A stretch of DNA of 54,267 nucleotides, from positions 1-54,267 of the IMG/VR virus record IMGVR_UViG_3300049893_000997, one strand, 5' to 3'. Position 1 is the first letter of the stretch, and every line of letters begins with the position of its first letter. The notes below the pieces were generated by a model, which saw only the letters and a list, made by a program, of their open reading frames with translations, searched no databases and had not been told where the DNA came from. Shown here in pieces: positions 7,156 to 17,342 of the stretch. Source of the DNA: a virus (lineage: Duplodnaviria; Caudoviricetes). The translations under genes were made by a program, and so were the position numbers.

Positions 7156-9237
7156 ATGGCCGAAGAAAAAAACAATCCATACATCTTTTGGACATCAGCA
7201 GAAGATCAGCAAAAGGCTTTTGATAAAACTGCTGGTAATATTGATAGTTATGATGGCATAATGAGTTCAACGGCTAGTCGCAGATCGTATATCGATCTTG
7301 AGCCAAATATTTCGGTCAGAACCGATTTTCTAAAAGAGGATTATTATCGCTTTCGTCCAATGGAAGAGCCTGCGAGTGATTTCAAGCAGGCAATGTCTAT
7401 GTGCATGAAAGCGTATGAAAAGATTGGCATTGTAAAAAACGTTATTGATTTGATGGGAGATTTTGGTTCTCAAGGAATAACTCTTAATCATCCAAATAAG
7501 CAAGTAGAGCGATTTTATCGCAAATGGTGGAAGAAAGTCAGAGGAGAGGAGAGATCAGAACGATTCCTAAATAATCTCTATAGATGTGGAAATGTTATAA
7601 TCCATAAGAGGTATGGCAAGATAACTAAAAAACAACAACGCGATATGTCAAAAGCTTCGGATTTAATTGATCTTCCGGAGCAGCAAGTTACAAAAAGGGA
7701 AATTCCGCTCAGATATAACTTTCTTAATCCTTTACAGATCGAAGTAGATGGTGGATATGCGGGTGCGTTTAGTGGCGATAAATCCTTCAAAATGAAGATT
7801 AGCAACTCTGTTCGTAAGTCTTTTGAAAAAAACGAAAAGTTTGCTAACAAACTTCCATCACAAATAAAGAAAGCTCTTAAAGATCAGAAAACATATATAG
7901 CCCTAAATGATAATGAGATAGAGGTTTTCTATTACAAGAAAGACGATTGGGATCTTTGGGCATACCCGATGATCAATGCTATTATCGATGATATTCTCAT
8001 GCTTGAGAAAATGAAATTAGCGGATATGTCCGCTCTGGACGGTGCCATTTCCAATATTAGATTGTGGAGATTAGGTAATCTTGAGCATAAGATTTTACCT
8101 AATAAGGGTGCTATTGATAAATTACGCAATATTCTAGCAAGTAATGTTGGTGGCGGCACTATGGATCTGGTATGGGGTCCAGAGATCGATTTCAAAGAAA
8201 GTAACACACAGATCTATAAATTTTTGGGCACAGAAAAGTATCAGCCAGTTTTAAACAGTATCTACGCAGGACTCGGTATTCCTCCGACATTAACGGGGCT
8301 TGCTGGTCAATCTGGTGGATTTACAAATAATTTCATCTCGCTAAAAACACTAATCGAACGTCTAGAATATGGCCGCGATTTACTTTATGATTTTTGGCAG
8401 AAAGAGATTGAGCATGTTCAAAAGGCAATGGGCTTTTCCCAGCCCGCCACAATCCACTTTGAACATATGATACTTTCAGATGAAGCCGCCGAAAAGAATT
8501 TGCTAATTCAATTGGTTGATAGAGATATCATCTCTGTGGAAACTCTAAGACAGAGATTTGGCGAATTACACGACATCGAAGACTCTCGCATCAAGACCGA
8601 AGGTAGAAAACGTAATAGATTACAAATGCCACCAAAAGCTGATCCATTTCATAATGGCAATGTTGATTCTGAATATCGTAAAATCGCTTTACAAAGGGGC
8701 GAGATTGGAATAGATGATGTTACCACATTGCAGCCAAAAGAGGGTTTTACAGCACAAACTCCGTCCTCACCTAATAGGCAAACGCCAAAAACTCCGAATC
8801 AAAATGGTAGACCTCCATTTAAACAAGATACCAAACCTCGTAAACAAAAGAGGGTTTTACCCAAAGACAAGCCAGCATTAGCCTCGGTTTTAGTTTGGAG
8901 TTCCGAAGCACAAAAAACTATATCCGAAATTGTTAACCCCGCCATCCTCAACTTTTATGGCAAAAAGAATCTTAGGGAATTAACAAAAGCCGAGTTATTA
9001 GAATTAGAAGATATTAAATTTCGAGTATTATGCAATTTGATTCCTTACGAATCGATAAATAATGATAGAATTGCTTCGATTTTAGAAAATACCCCGTCGC
9101 TTACGGCTTCACAATCCGGAGCAAATGCACAACTAAAATCGGAATTTGTGGATAATCACGGCCGTTCACCATCAATAGATGAATTACGTCAGATACATAA
9201 TCTAGCATATTCTTTTGATTTTCTTGATGCGAAATAA
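7156..9237 (+). CDS. Portal protein
   Basis: Follows terL; IGIVKNVIDLMGDF, YRCGNV, KYQPVLNSIYAGLGIP and LVDRDIIS segments typical of large-phage portals; Pro/Lys-rich linker then a C-terminal extension. Confidence 0.85.
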   Translation: MAEEKNNPYIFWTSAEDQQKAFDKTAGNIDSYDGIMSSTASRRSYIDLEPNISVRTDFLKEDYYRFRPMEEPASDFKQAMSMCMKAYEKIGIVKNVIDLMGDFGSQGITLNHPNKQVERFYRKWWKKVRGEERSERFLNNLYRCGNVIIHKRYGKITKKQQRDMSKASDLIDLPEQQVTKREIPLRYNFLNPLQIEVDGGYAGAFSGDKSFKMKISNSVRKSFEKNEKFANKLPSQIKKALKDQKTYIALNDNEIEVFYYKKDDWDLWAYPMINAIIDDILMLEKMKLADMSALDGAISNIRLWRLGNLEHKILPNKGAIDKLRNILASNVGGGTMDLVWGPEIDFKESNTQIYKFLGTEKYQPVLNSIYAGLGIPPTLTGLAGQSGGFTNNFISLKTLIERLEYGRDLLYDFWQKEIEHVQKAMGFSQPATIHFEHMILSDEAAEKNLLIQLVDRDIISVETLRQRFGELHDIEDSRIKTEGRKRNRLQMPPKADPFHNGNVDSEYRKIALQRGEIGIDDVTTLQPKEGFTAQTPSSPNRQTPKTPNQNGRPPFKQDTKPRKQKRVLPKDKPALASVLVWSSEAQKTISEIVNPAILNFYGKKNLRELTKAELLELEDIKFRVLCNLIPYESINNDRIASILENTPSLTASQSGANAQLKSEFVDNHGRSPSIDELRQIHNLAYSFDFLDAK

Positions 9238-9254
9238 CTTAAATTCCTTTGTTG

Positions 9255-9265
9255 TGGCGTATCTA
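9255..9265 (+). promoter_or_regulatory. Putative late promoter TGGCGTATCTA
   Basis: Intergenic TGGnGTAT copy 23 nt upstream of the protease gene. Confidence 0.5.
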
Positions 9266-9285
9266 GGAAATAGAAAGGCTATATC

Positions 9286-10785
9286 ATGAAAGTATACAAG
9301 CACGAAATATTAGATGGAATAGCAGTAGATAAGAATAATTCTATTGCTTTTGAATGCGATATCGTTGTGCCAAATCTTATTTCAGATTTGACCGATGATG
9401 GTATAGCATCATCTTTTGCTTGCTTATATGAAGATAGTGAAAAACAGAATGATCTATACTATCTTAATTCCGTTCTCGTTTCGGCAGGATGGAATAAAAA
9501 TGACGATGTATTCGGAGTAAATGAGTTGTGGTCCGCGAGAAATACTCCGATTAATAAACAATTCAACTACATGCACGATGATACAGATATTATAGGACAT
9601 ATTACCGGTTCTATGGTAATTGATCATAAAGGTGCTGCAATTAAAGCTATAGATAATGTTGAAAATTTGCCAGAAAAAATTGACATTATCACAAGTGCTG
9701 TAATATACAAAACTTGGTCCGATCCGGCGATGAGAGAAAGAATTGAAGAATTAACTCAAGAGATAGATCAGGGTAAGTGGTCTGTGTCTATGGAGTGCGT
9801 CTTTAATAATTTTGATTATGCGGTTATTGGACCAAATAATGAAAATAAAGTTCTTGCTAGAACGGAAGAATCCGCGTTTTTAACCAAGCATTTACGTGCA
9901 TATGGTGGAACGGGCGAGTATCAAGGATATAGAATAGGAAGACTTTTGAGAGGCTTTTATTTCTCTGGAAAAGGTTTAGTCGCCAAGCCAGCTAATCCAA
10001 GAAGTATAATTCTTAGCAAGGAAGTCAATCCTTTTAACAGTAAGGCCGATATAACCTTCAACCACTTTTTAACTGCGATGGAGAATAACGATATGAGTAA
10101 AGATGTCACACCGCAGATTGAAGATTTGAAAGCTGAACTAGAATCTGTTAAAGCAGATTTTGAAGCTCAAAAGTCTACAATCGAACAAAATAGTGCTGCC
10201 AACGAGGCCGTACTAGCAGAAAAGGATCAACTTATTTCTTCTTTGGAAGCCAAAGTAAAAGAATTGGAAGATTCTGTTGCTGGCATGAATGGCGATAAGG
10301 AGAAGATGCTCAAAGAAGTTGAGGCTTTCAAGAAAGATATGACCGATAAAGAAGATGAACTCAAGAGCATGAAAGAACAATACGCTGCAATGGTCAAACA
10401 AATGAAGAGCATGAAGCGTATGGCATCTCTTATTGATGCCGGTGCTAACGAAGCCAGTGCAACCAAGATTGTGGAAGATTTTTCCGATGCTTCGGATGAA
10501 ATGTTTGCATCTGTGGTAGCCCTTCTAGCAGACAGACCATCAAAGCCGGAAGTTAAACCGGAACCGGCCAAAAAGCCGGAACCTGCTCCTGTTGATTTTG
10601 GATCAGAGGGTGCAGAGGATGACAACGAAGAAGCGGATGCTTCTGAGTTAGATAATGTTGAAGGAGTTGCTGAAGCTACTTTAGCAAATCCCGAATCAAA
10701 TCAAGAAAATCAGCAGTTAGCCATTGCTTCTGCCGCTTCTTGGTTGCGTCAATCTGTTTTAAAGTCAACCAAAAATCTCAAGTGA
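9286..10785 (+). CDS. Prohead maturation protease fused to coiled-coil scaffold
   Basis: N-terminal NKNDD, HD..DIIGH, VSMEC and GKGLVAKPAN motifs; acidic coiled-coil C-terminal half; lies between portal and capsid. Confidence 0.8.
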   Translation: MKVYKHEILDGIAVDKNNSIAFECDIVVPNLISDLTDDGIASSFACLYEDSEKQNDLYYLNSVLVSAGWNKNDDVFGVNELWSARNTPINKQFNYMHDDTDIIGHITGSMVIDHKGAAIKAIDNVENLPEKIDIITSAVIYKTWSDPAMRERIEELTQEIDQGKWSVSMECVFNNFDYAVIGPNNENKVLARTEESAFLTKHLRAYGGTGEYQGYRIGRLLRGFYFSGKGLVAKPANPRSIILSKEVNPFNSKADITFNHFLTAMENNDMSKDVTPQIEDLKAELESVKADFEAQKSTIEQNSAANEAVLAEKDQLISSLEAKVKELEDSVAGMNGDKEKMLKEVEAFKKDMTDKEDELKSMKEQYAAMVKQMKSMKRMASLIDAGANEASATKIVEDFSDASDEMFASVVALLADRPSKPEVKPEPAKKPEPAPVDFGSEGAEDDNEEADASELDNVEGVAEATLANPESNQENQQLAIASAASWLRQSVLKSTKNLK

Positions 10786-10800
10786 TATAGGAGTACTAAT

Positions 10801-11253
10801 ATGCCACTTAAAGGTGATCGTAACGAACTAGATACAGAATTCACATACTTCATGAACGAAACAGCGGTCAAGGGTGTGATCGTAAGCGTTAGCACACAGG
10901 GCTCTGGATCAGCAATGGATAGTGCCGCCTCACTAGCCACTGTTGCGGCAAATGCATCCGGTGCTGCTCCGCTAGGTATTCTCCTTAATGATGTTGTAGA
11001 TATCGACCAGACAAGGCAGCACCTCAACTGGCACAAAGACGAGGTTCAAAAGGGTGGCAAAGTCACAATTTTGACAAAGGGCTTTGTTGTAACAGATAGA
11101 ATTAGTGGTACTCCAACCGCTGGTCAAATCGCTTATAATGCCAACAGTGGTCTTATTTCCGGCACACAAGCTGCTGGCACTGTTGCTATCGGTAGATTCC
11201 TTAGCACAAAGGACGCCGATGGGTACGCTAAAGTTGCCGTTAATCTTCCATGA
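10801..11253 (+). CDS. Capsid decoration/cement protein
   Basis: 150 aa, beta-rich and small-residue-rich, strong GGAG RBS, immediately upstream of the major capsid gene. Confidence 0.7.
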   Translation: MPLKGDRNELDTEFTYFMNETAVKGVIVSVSTQGSGSAMDSAASLATVAANASGAAPLGILLNDVVDIDQTRQHLNWHKDEVQKGGKVTILTKGFVVTDRISGTPTAGQIAYNANSGLISGTQAAGTVAIGRFLSTKDADGYAKVAVNLP

Positions 11254-11279
11254 TTTTAAAGAAATAGGAGAATACCAAT

Positions 11280-12290
11280 ATGTCATTTTTAACTAAACCA
11301 GAACCTGAATTCATTCAATTGCTTAAGCGTACAGCAAGTGAAGATCGTCACGAAGCCGCTGCCGCAATGGCAGAATTAGCCAAGGCTATCGAACTACCTT
11401 TACGCGAAGGCATCATGGTTGGTGATATTGCTAGCAATATCTATGAAAGAATCGCCATGGCCCCAGGAACATCCACAGAGTTCCCACTAGATCTACTTTC
11501 TCCTGGTGAAGAGTCAGATTTTGTGGCCTATGTTGCTCCTGCCCACGGCCGCGTTCCAGAAAGAACAGTCGAGGGCGATTATGTTATGGTTCCTACTTAC
11601 ACCGTAACAAATGCTATCGATTGGCTTCTTCGTTATGCTCGTGAGGCTCGCTGGGACATTGTTGCTCGTGCAACCCAAGTCCTTGAAGCTGGCTTCGTCA
11701 AGAAGATGAATGATGATGCTTGGCACACAATCCTCGCTGCGGGCGTGGATCGTAACATTCTCGTTTACGATGCCGACGCCGGTGCTGGTCAGTTTACCAA
11801 GCGTCTCGTAAGTCTTCTCAAGGTCGTTATGCGTCGTAATGCTGGCGGTAACAGTGCGAGCGTTAAGCGAGGTCAACTCACAGACATTTATCTCTCACCA
11901 GAAGGTGTTGAAGATATGAGAAACTGGGGTATTGATCAGCTTGATGATACAAGCCGCAGAGAAGTTTACGTTGCAAACGACGGTGCCGGTTCAGTCTCCC
12001 GTGTGTTCTCCGTGAATCTACACGCCCTCGATGAACTCGGTGAAGGTCAAGAGTATCAGGCATACTATACTAGTAATCTCAGTGGTACTCTTGGTCCTAG
12101 TAGTGATGTTGAGCTTGTAGTTGGTCTTGACCTTGCTGCTAACGATAGTTTCGTTATGCCCGTTAAGCAAGAAGTCACCATCTTCGAAGATCCATCACTA
12201 CACCGTCAGCAACGTGCTGGACTCTATGGCTTCGCAGAAGTAGGTTTTGGTGTGCTTGACAATCGCAGAGTTATTCTTGGAAGTTTCTGA
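11280..12290 (+). CDS. Major capsid protein (HK97 fold)
   Basis: 336 aa, strong AGGAG RBS, highly expressed codon bias, followed by an intrinsic terminator; position after protease and decoration genes. Confidence 0.88.
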   Translation: MSFLTKPEPEFIQLLKRTASEDRHEAAAAMAELAKAIELPLREGIMVGDIASNIYERIAMAPGTSTEFPLDLLSPGEESDFVAYVAPAHGRVPERTVEGDYVMVPTYTVTNAIDWLLRYAREARWDIVARATQVLEAGFVKKMNDDAWHTILAAGVDRNILVYDADAGAGQFTKRLVSLLKVVMRRNAGGNSASVKRGQLTDIYLSPEGVEDMRNWGIDQLDDTSRREVYVANDGAGSVSRVFSVNLHALDELGEGQEYQAYYTSNLSGTLGPSSDVELVVGLDLAANDSFVMPVKQEVTIFEDPSLHRQQRAGLYGFAEVGFGVLDNRRVILGSF

Positions 12291-12314
12291 GATCGATTCT
12301 TGTTGATTGTTTCT

Positions 12315-12350
12315 GGGGGAGTGGGGAGATTTCCTCCCCCTCCCTTTTTT
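12315..12350 (+). terminator. Rho-independent terminator after the capsid gene
   Basis: GGGAG(T)GGGGAG-atttc-CTCCCCCTCCC stem followed by TTTTTT. Confidence 0.85.
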
Positions 12351-12375
12351 GTTGACACCATTACAAGGATAACAA

Positions 12376-15114
12376 ATGTCTTTAAAAGTTGCTAATAGGG
12401 TTAAGGAATCCACTTTAACATCTGGCAATGGAACAATTGCTCTTGCTGGAGCATTGAATGGATATCAATCCTTCTCTTCCGTGTTGTCTAATGGTGACAC
12501 TACCTATTATACCATCGTTAATAACAATAATTGGGAAGTTGGTATAGGAACATATTCTTCTGGAACTCTTTCTAGAGACTCTATACTATCTAGTTCGAAT
12601 CTCAATAATAAACTTAGTCTATCTGGACAGAGTTTTGTTTTTATAGCTTATCCATCAGAGAAAAGTATCTATAAAGATCAAAATGATCAAGTAATAGCAG
12701 GATCTTCTGGAATTATAATAGATTCTGGGAATCCATCTAATATTTCAAATGTACTATACAACATAAGCGGAATCCTTCATTTTAATGGATTTCCAGTAAA
12801 TAGCGATCCTGATGTTGTAGCTCAAGCAACCGCTTTAGTAACAACGGTTTTTAATAGAACATCCTCACCGATACCAAAATTTACTGTTGTTTATATTAGT
12901 GGCGGTCAGGGAGATTTGCCGACCATAACTCCTGCGATAGCTAGTATTGAATCTAAATCTAGTAAAACATATGGCGTAACTCAGAATATTATTCCAGCAA
13001 TGGATAGTGGACATATCGTATCGTATGGAAATATCACCGGAGTTAATACTGACGCCTACAATATTAATGCTCCACACGGTGATATTAATGGTAGAGTATT
13101 GTATTTAAGTCCAACAGTTTCTGGTGGACTAACAATTGATAAACCTTATGCTCCAGACCATTTAGTTGCGATAGGTACAGTTATCCGAACGCATCAAAAT
13201 GTTGGTATTTTTAATGTTAGGATTCAGAATGGATTCGAATTAGAAGAACTACATAATGTTGCGACCACAGGAGCAATTAGTGGACAGTTTTTGAAATATG
13301 ATGGATCGTTATGGAGAAATACCGGAATACTTAGTTCTGATATATCTGACCTACTCTCAACAATTAGCGGAGTCTCTACTAATAATATTTCTATAACTGG
13401 GGTTAGTGGTATCAACGTTAGTAAAAGCGGGAACTCATACACTATATCTGCCACAGGCTCATTTGGATTAACTTCAACTCAAATTCAGCAATTATTAAAT
13501 AGCGGCGTTTCAGCAAATATACTCTCTGGTACTGGTAATTTTAATTCGCTATCTGTAAATAGCGTTTCTATTAGTCTTAGTGGGCATACGCATACATCTT
13601 CTCAAATCACAGACTTCAATAGCAGCGTTAGTGGTCTACTTCCCTCTGTAAGTGGCAGCGGATACGTTCGATCTATATTTAGTAACAATGGGTACATAAT
13701 CAGTGTATCTGGGCTACAAACTAGCGGTAATTATAGCTTAGTAGGACACTCCCATACCACATCTGATATTTCAAATTTTAATACCGGGGTAAGTGGATTA
13801 TTAACACAATATGCCTTATTGTCTAGTGGCAATTTTGCCAATCTATTTGTTACGGGCGTGCCGGTTAGCTTGAGCGGCCATACACACATTAGTTCACAAA
13901 TAACAGATTTTAATAGTAGTGTGAGCGGTTTGCTTGCAATAAGGAGCGTGTCTGGTTCTGGATATGTTATAGTGTCTTCTAGCGGTGGTAATTATATCAT
14001 CTCGGTTTCCGGCTTACAACAAAGTGGAAACTATTCCTTAGTTGGACATAATCATACAACTGCCGATATAACCAATTTTAATACAGGCGTTAGTGGACTC
14101 CTTCCTGTGACAAATATACTTGGAAGCGGAAATACAAGTGTTGTTCAAAATGGAACAACTTTTATAATTAGTTCTTCCGGCACAGGAACTTCATCTTCTG
14201 GATTGACGCAGCAACAAGTACAGTCTTTTTTAAATAGCGGAGTTAGTATCTATATTACTAGCGGCACAGGCTTATTCAATAGTTTGAGCATTAATGGAAC
14301 GGGGGTTAGTGTTAGTGGACATAAACATGTTTCTACGGATATAACAGATTTTAATTCTTCTGTTAGCGGATTAATTCCAATAACTGGTGTTGTCGGTAGT
14401 GGCTACGTTGTGGCAACAAATATCAATAAGACTATTACGTTGTCAATTACCGGCCTACAGCCAAGCGGTAACTATAGTTTGGTGGGCCATAATCATATAG
14501 CTACGGATATCACTAACTTTAATAGTTCTGTTAGTGGATTATTGAATCCTTATGCTTTATTAAGTAGTGGCAATTTTTCTTCTTTGTTTATAACTGGAGT
14601 TCCGGTTAGTTTAAGCGGTCATACGCATACTAGTTCGCAAATAACAGACTTTAATACAGCGGTAAATAATCAAATAACTGTAAAAAATGTTAGTGGAAGT
14701 GGCTATGTCTCTATTGCATCTATTACTGGAAATTATATTGTTTCGGTTACTGGTTTGCAACCCAGTGGTAATTATAGTATTGTTGGTCATACTCACGTTT
14801 CTAATGACATCACCAATTTTAATACTTCTGTTAGTGGACTTTTACGAGTTACTAATATAATAGGATCAGGATCTATTTCAGTTACTTCTAGCGGTTCAAC
14901 TTTTATTATTTCCTCTACTGGAACTGGGGGTGGTGGAGGGGGCGGCGGATCAACAGTTACAAATTATGGATCAAATAGAGTATTAGTTTCTGATGGAACT
15001 CCTAGCGGAATTTCCGCACAGTCTGGACTAGTATTTGATGGCAAGAATTTGTTTGTGAATGGTGTAAACATAAGCAATGCTAGTAAGATTTTTTTGTGGT
15101 CAACATATAGATAA
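12376..15114 (+). CDS. Long fibre protein with HxH repeats
   Basis: N-terminal VANRVKE...WEVGIGTY fibre anchor; eight GHxH..DI.[DN]FN repeats; Ser/Gly/Thr/Asn-rich. Confidence 0.85.
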   Translation: MSLKVANRVKESTLTSGNGTIALAGALNGYQSFSSVLSNGDTTYYTIVNNNNWEVGIGTYSSGTLSRDSILSSSNLNNKLSLSGQSFVFIAYPSEKSIYKDQNDQVIAGSSGIIIDSGNPSNISNVLYNISGILHFNGFPVNSDPDVVAQATALVTTVFNRTSSPIPKFTVVYISGGQGDLPTITPAIASIESKSSKTYGVTQNIIPAMDSGHIVSYGNITGVNTDAYNINAPHGDINGRVLYLSPTVSGGLTIDKPYAPDHLVAIGTVIRTHQNVGIFNVRIQNGFELEELHNVATTGAISGQFLKYDGSLWRNTGILSSDISDLLSTISGVSTNNISITGVSGINVSKSGNSYTISATGSFGLTSTQIQQLLNSGVSANILSGTGNFNSLSVNSVSISLSGHTHTSSQITDFNSSVSGLLPSVSGSGYVRSIFSNNGYIISVSGLQTSGNYSLVGHSHTTSDISNFNTGVSGLLTQYALLSSGNFANLFVTGVPVSLSGHTHISSQITDFNSSVSGLLAIRSVSGSGYVIVSSSGGNYIISVSGLQQSGNYSLVGHNHTTADITNFNTGVSGLLPVTNILGSGNTSVVQNGTTFIISSSGTGTSSSGLTQQQVQSFLNSGVSIYITSGTGLFNSLSINGTGVSVSGHKHVSTDITDFNSSVSGLIPITGVVGSGYVVATNINKTITLSITGLQPSGNYSLVGHNHIATDITNFNSSVSGLLNPYALLSSGNFSSLFITGVPVSLSGHTHTSSQITDFNTAVNNQITVKNVSGSGYVSIASITGNYIVSVTGLQPSGNYSIVGHTHVSNDITNFNTSVSGLLRVTNIIGSGSISVTSSGSTFIISSTGTGGGGGGGGSTVTNYGSNRVLVSDGTPSGISAQSGLVFDGKNLFVNGVNISNASKIFLWSTYR
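13465..14925 (+). repeat. Intragenic tandem super-repeat (2 x 735 bp, each with four HxH units)
   Basis: GLTSTQIQQLLNSGVS at 13465 and GLTQQQVQSFLNSGVS at 14200 begin colinear 245-aa copies. Confidence 0.85.
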
Positions 15115-15125
15115 GGAGCGGTAAA

Positions 15126-15524
15126 ATGGCTGATAATCCTGCATTTGCAGTATATCCAGAAATAGGAAATGGCTTTGTAAACGTGTTAAATAATAACCGC
15201 GATGGGGTGTCGGGTAGTGGCTATGTTGTTTTTGCTAGCGGTGTTCGTGCAGGAACAAGAATAGCCGAAATCGTAGTTCAAGCCACCGGAACAACAGTTG
15301 CTGGATTGGCTAGAGTATTTATATCTGGTGCGAATATAGTTGGTAATCCATTATTTGATGAAATTACTATTGCGGCAGCAACGGCTAGTGCTAGTGCAAA
15401 AGCTACTAGAATTAGTACCACTTACAACAATTTGGTTTTACAAAGTGGTCAGTTTTTAAACGCAACGAATAGTATCGGCCCGGCTCAAGGATTTAACATA
15501 ATTGCTTTAGGAGCGGATTTGTGA
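15126..15524 (+). CDS. Fibre-associated adaptor/structural protein
   Basis: 132 aa, beta-rich, AAGGAG RBS, between the fibre and the repeat protein. Confidence 0.65.
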   Translation: MADNPAFAVYPEIGNGFVNVLNNNRDGVSGSGYVVFASGVRAGTRIAEIVVQATGTTVAGLARVFISGANIVGNPLFDEITIAAATASASAKATRISTTYNNLVLQSGQFLNATNSIGPAQGFNIIALGADL

Positions 15525-16801
15525 ACCAGGGAATATTGGGAACAAAATCATTTGATATTGATATAGATAATAACACGAGTAAATGTTTATTGGGTGAACC
15601 ACAACCAATACCCATTCCCTTTCATTTACCTCCAAATCAGCTTTGGATGTTGGGAAATAGCGATGGAATAAGTAATAAAGATATTGTTATGGTGATAGAC
15701 ACCGTTGCTTATGGTAGTACAACTATTTCTATAGCGATTTCTGTTGGTGCTGGAGGATCATTTAGTATTGACTGGGGCGATGGATCTAGCGGAACAAGAT
15801 TAACTTCTTGGACAGGCACCCGCAGACCGGATAGTTTTGAAACGAGAATAGAAAGTACCGCAACCGGAACGGGCAATGCCGTTCATACTTATTCTAAGCA
15901 TGGGATTTATCTCATAGTTATTAAAGGAACATTTAGTTCTGCCGCGGTAACTGTGGCATATCCAGAAATTTTTCCAGGTTTAATAAGAGTGTTGAATATT
16001 GGTCAAACTCAACTGAGACATAATATTATTAGATTTCGTGATAATAGGCAGTTGGAATACGTTCCGCCCTTTTTGCCAACCGGGATTACTACTTTGGCGA
16101 ATTGTTTTCAAAATTGTGTAAATTTTAATCATCCCAATGTTACTTTATGGAATTTATCAAATATTACTTCTATGGTGGCGGCTTTTCAGAGTGCTAGCGG
16201 ATTCAATCAAGATATTAGTCCATGGGTATCATATAGCAGCGGCGTAACAACATTTGTAAACTTTTTGTTGAATGCCAAATCTTTCAAAAATGCTGATAAA
16301 GATCTTACTAATTGGGTTATCAGATCAGGAACGTCTTGTCAAGCTATGTTTTCAAATACAAGCATATCTAGTAATAGTTTTAGTGGATGGCAATTTTTGG
16401 GTAATAATAATCTTCAGCAAATGTTTGCTGGTTGTATTGACTTTACTGGTTTTGGTTTAAATACGTGGGATGTGAGTAAGGTTAGCGTTATGCAAAACAT
16501 ATTTGATGGATGCTCCGGATATTCTGGTAGCGGTATAGAAAATTGGAATTTGGCAGGATTGGGTTTCTCTACTTCCTTGAATACCTTTGCTAGGGGATGT
16601 ACTTTTCCAACCGGTCAATATGATCTTATACTTAATTCATGGAATGCGAACAAGAGTAGCGGAGTTAATGGAGTCGCAGACTGGAGAACAGATTTAACTC
16701 CAAACTTTGGTAGTAGCAAATATACGGCCGCGGGAAGCGGAGCCAGAGCATCATTAGTAAGTTATGGTTGGACCATAACAGATGGAGGTCTACAAACATG
16801 A
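15521..16801 (+). CDS. DUF285/BspA-like repeat protein with PKD-like N-terminal domain, candidate receptor-binding protein
   Basis: IDWGDG...HTY PKD-like motif; ~25-aa repeats WNLSNITSM..AF, FNQDISPW, WDVSKVSVMQNIF; terminal GWTITDGG. Confidence 0.8.
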   Translation: MNQGILGTKSFDIDIDNNTSKCLLGEPQPIPIPFHLPPNQLWMLGNSDGISNKDIVMVIDTVAYGSTTISIAISVGAGGSFSIDWGDGSSGTRLTSWTGTRRPDSFETRIESTATGTGNAVHTYSKHGIYLIVIKGTFSSAAVTVAYPEIFPGLIRVLNIGQTQLRHNIIRFRDNRQLEYVPPFLPTGITTLANCFQNCVNFNHPNVTLWNLSNITSMVAAFQSASGFNQDISPWVSYSSGVTTFVNFLLNAKSFKNADKDLTNWVIRSGTSCQAMFSNTSISSNSFSGWQFLGNNNLQQMFAGCIDFTGFGLNTWDVSKVSVMQNIFDGCSGYSGSGIENWNLAGLGFSTSLNTFARGCTFPTGQYDLILNSWNANKSSGVNGVADWRTDLTPNFGSSKYTAAGSGARASLVSYGWTITDGGLQT

Positions 16802-17310
16802 GTGCTGAAATACGTGCAACCGATAAAACGTATTGGATTCTTAGTAATGGGATGGGATATGTTGATGGCATAACAGATTCCGGACTCGTTACAACCGTTG
16901 GAAATGGCTTATATATTTATTGGATTGGTCAAAATTACCTAGAATACCTATCGTCTTGTGCTGAGGCTGGATTCGTTCCAAGGAATCAAGATAAAGATAC
17001 ATTAAGAGCAGATCAAATACTAGTAAATAAGAAGATATTCGACAAAATTTCTAGCCTTGAGCCCACCGTGATTCCGGGTCAAAGAATTAGTGCTACTCAA
17101 GCCAGATTATGGCTGATTCAGAATGGTTTTGATTTAAATACTATAAATGCGGTGATTGATCGTATTCAGGATTTTACTACTAGAGAGTGTGTGCGTGCCC
17201 AATGGGAATATGCACCATATTTGGAAAGAAATCATTACTGGTTATGTGAATTAGCTACTATTTTAGATATAGACTTAGATAAATGTTTTGATGAAGCGGC
17301 CTTGTTATAG
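16798..17310 (+). CDS. Hypothetical protein, probable fibre assembly/accessory protein
   Basis: ATGA overlap at 16798; C-terminal ISATQARLWL...WEYA..ER module of the kind seen after fibre genes. Confidence 0.6.
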   Translation: MSAEIRATDKTYWILSNGMGYVDGITDSGLVTTVGNGLYIYWIGQNYLEYLSSCAEAGFVPRNQDKDTLRADQILVNKKIFDKISSLEPTVIPGQRISATQARLWLIQNGFDLNTINAVIDRIQDFTTRECVRAQWEYAPYLERNHYWLCELATILDIDLDKCFDEAALL

Positions 17311-17315
17311 TCGTA

Positions 17316-17326
17316 TGGAGTATATT
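17316..17326 (+). promoter_or_regulatory. Putative late promoter TGGAGTATATT
   Basis: Intergenic TGGnGTAT copy upstream of the neck gene block. Confidence 0.55.
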
Positions 17327-17342
17327 AGGGTGACAATTTATT

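Noticed and set aside
12352-12357. TTGACA after the capsid terminator
   Set aside because: No -10 element at the proper spacing; that position falls on the fibre start codon.
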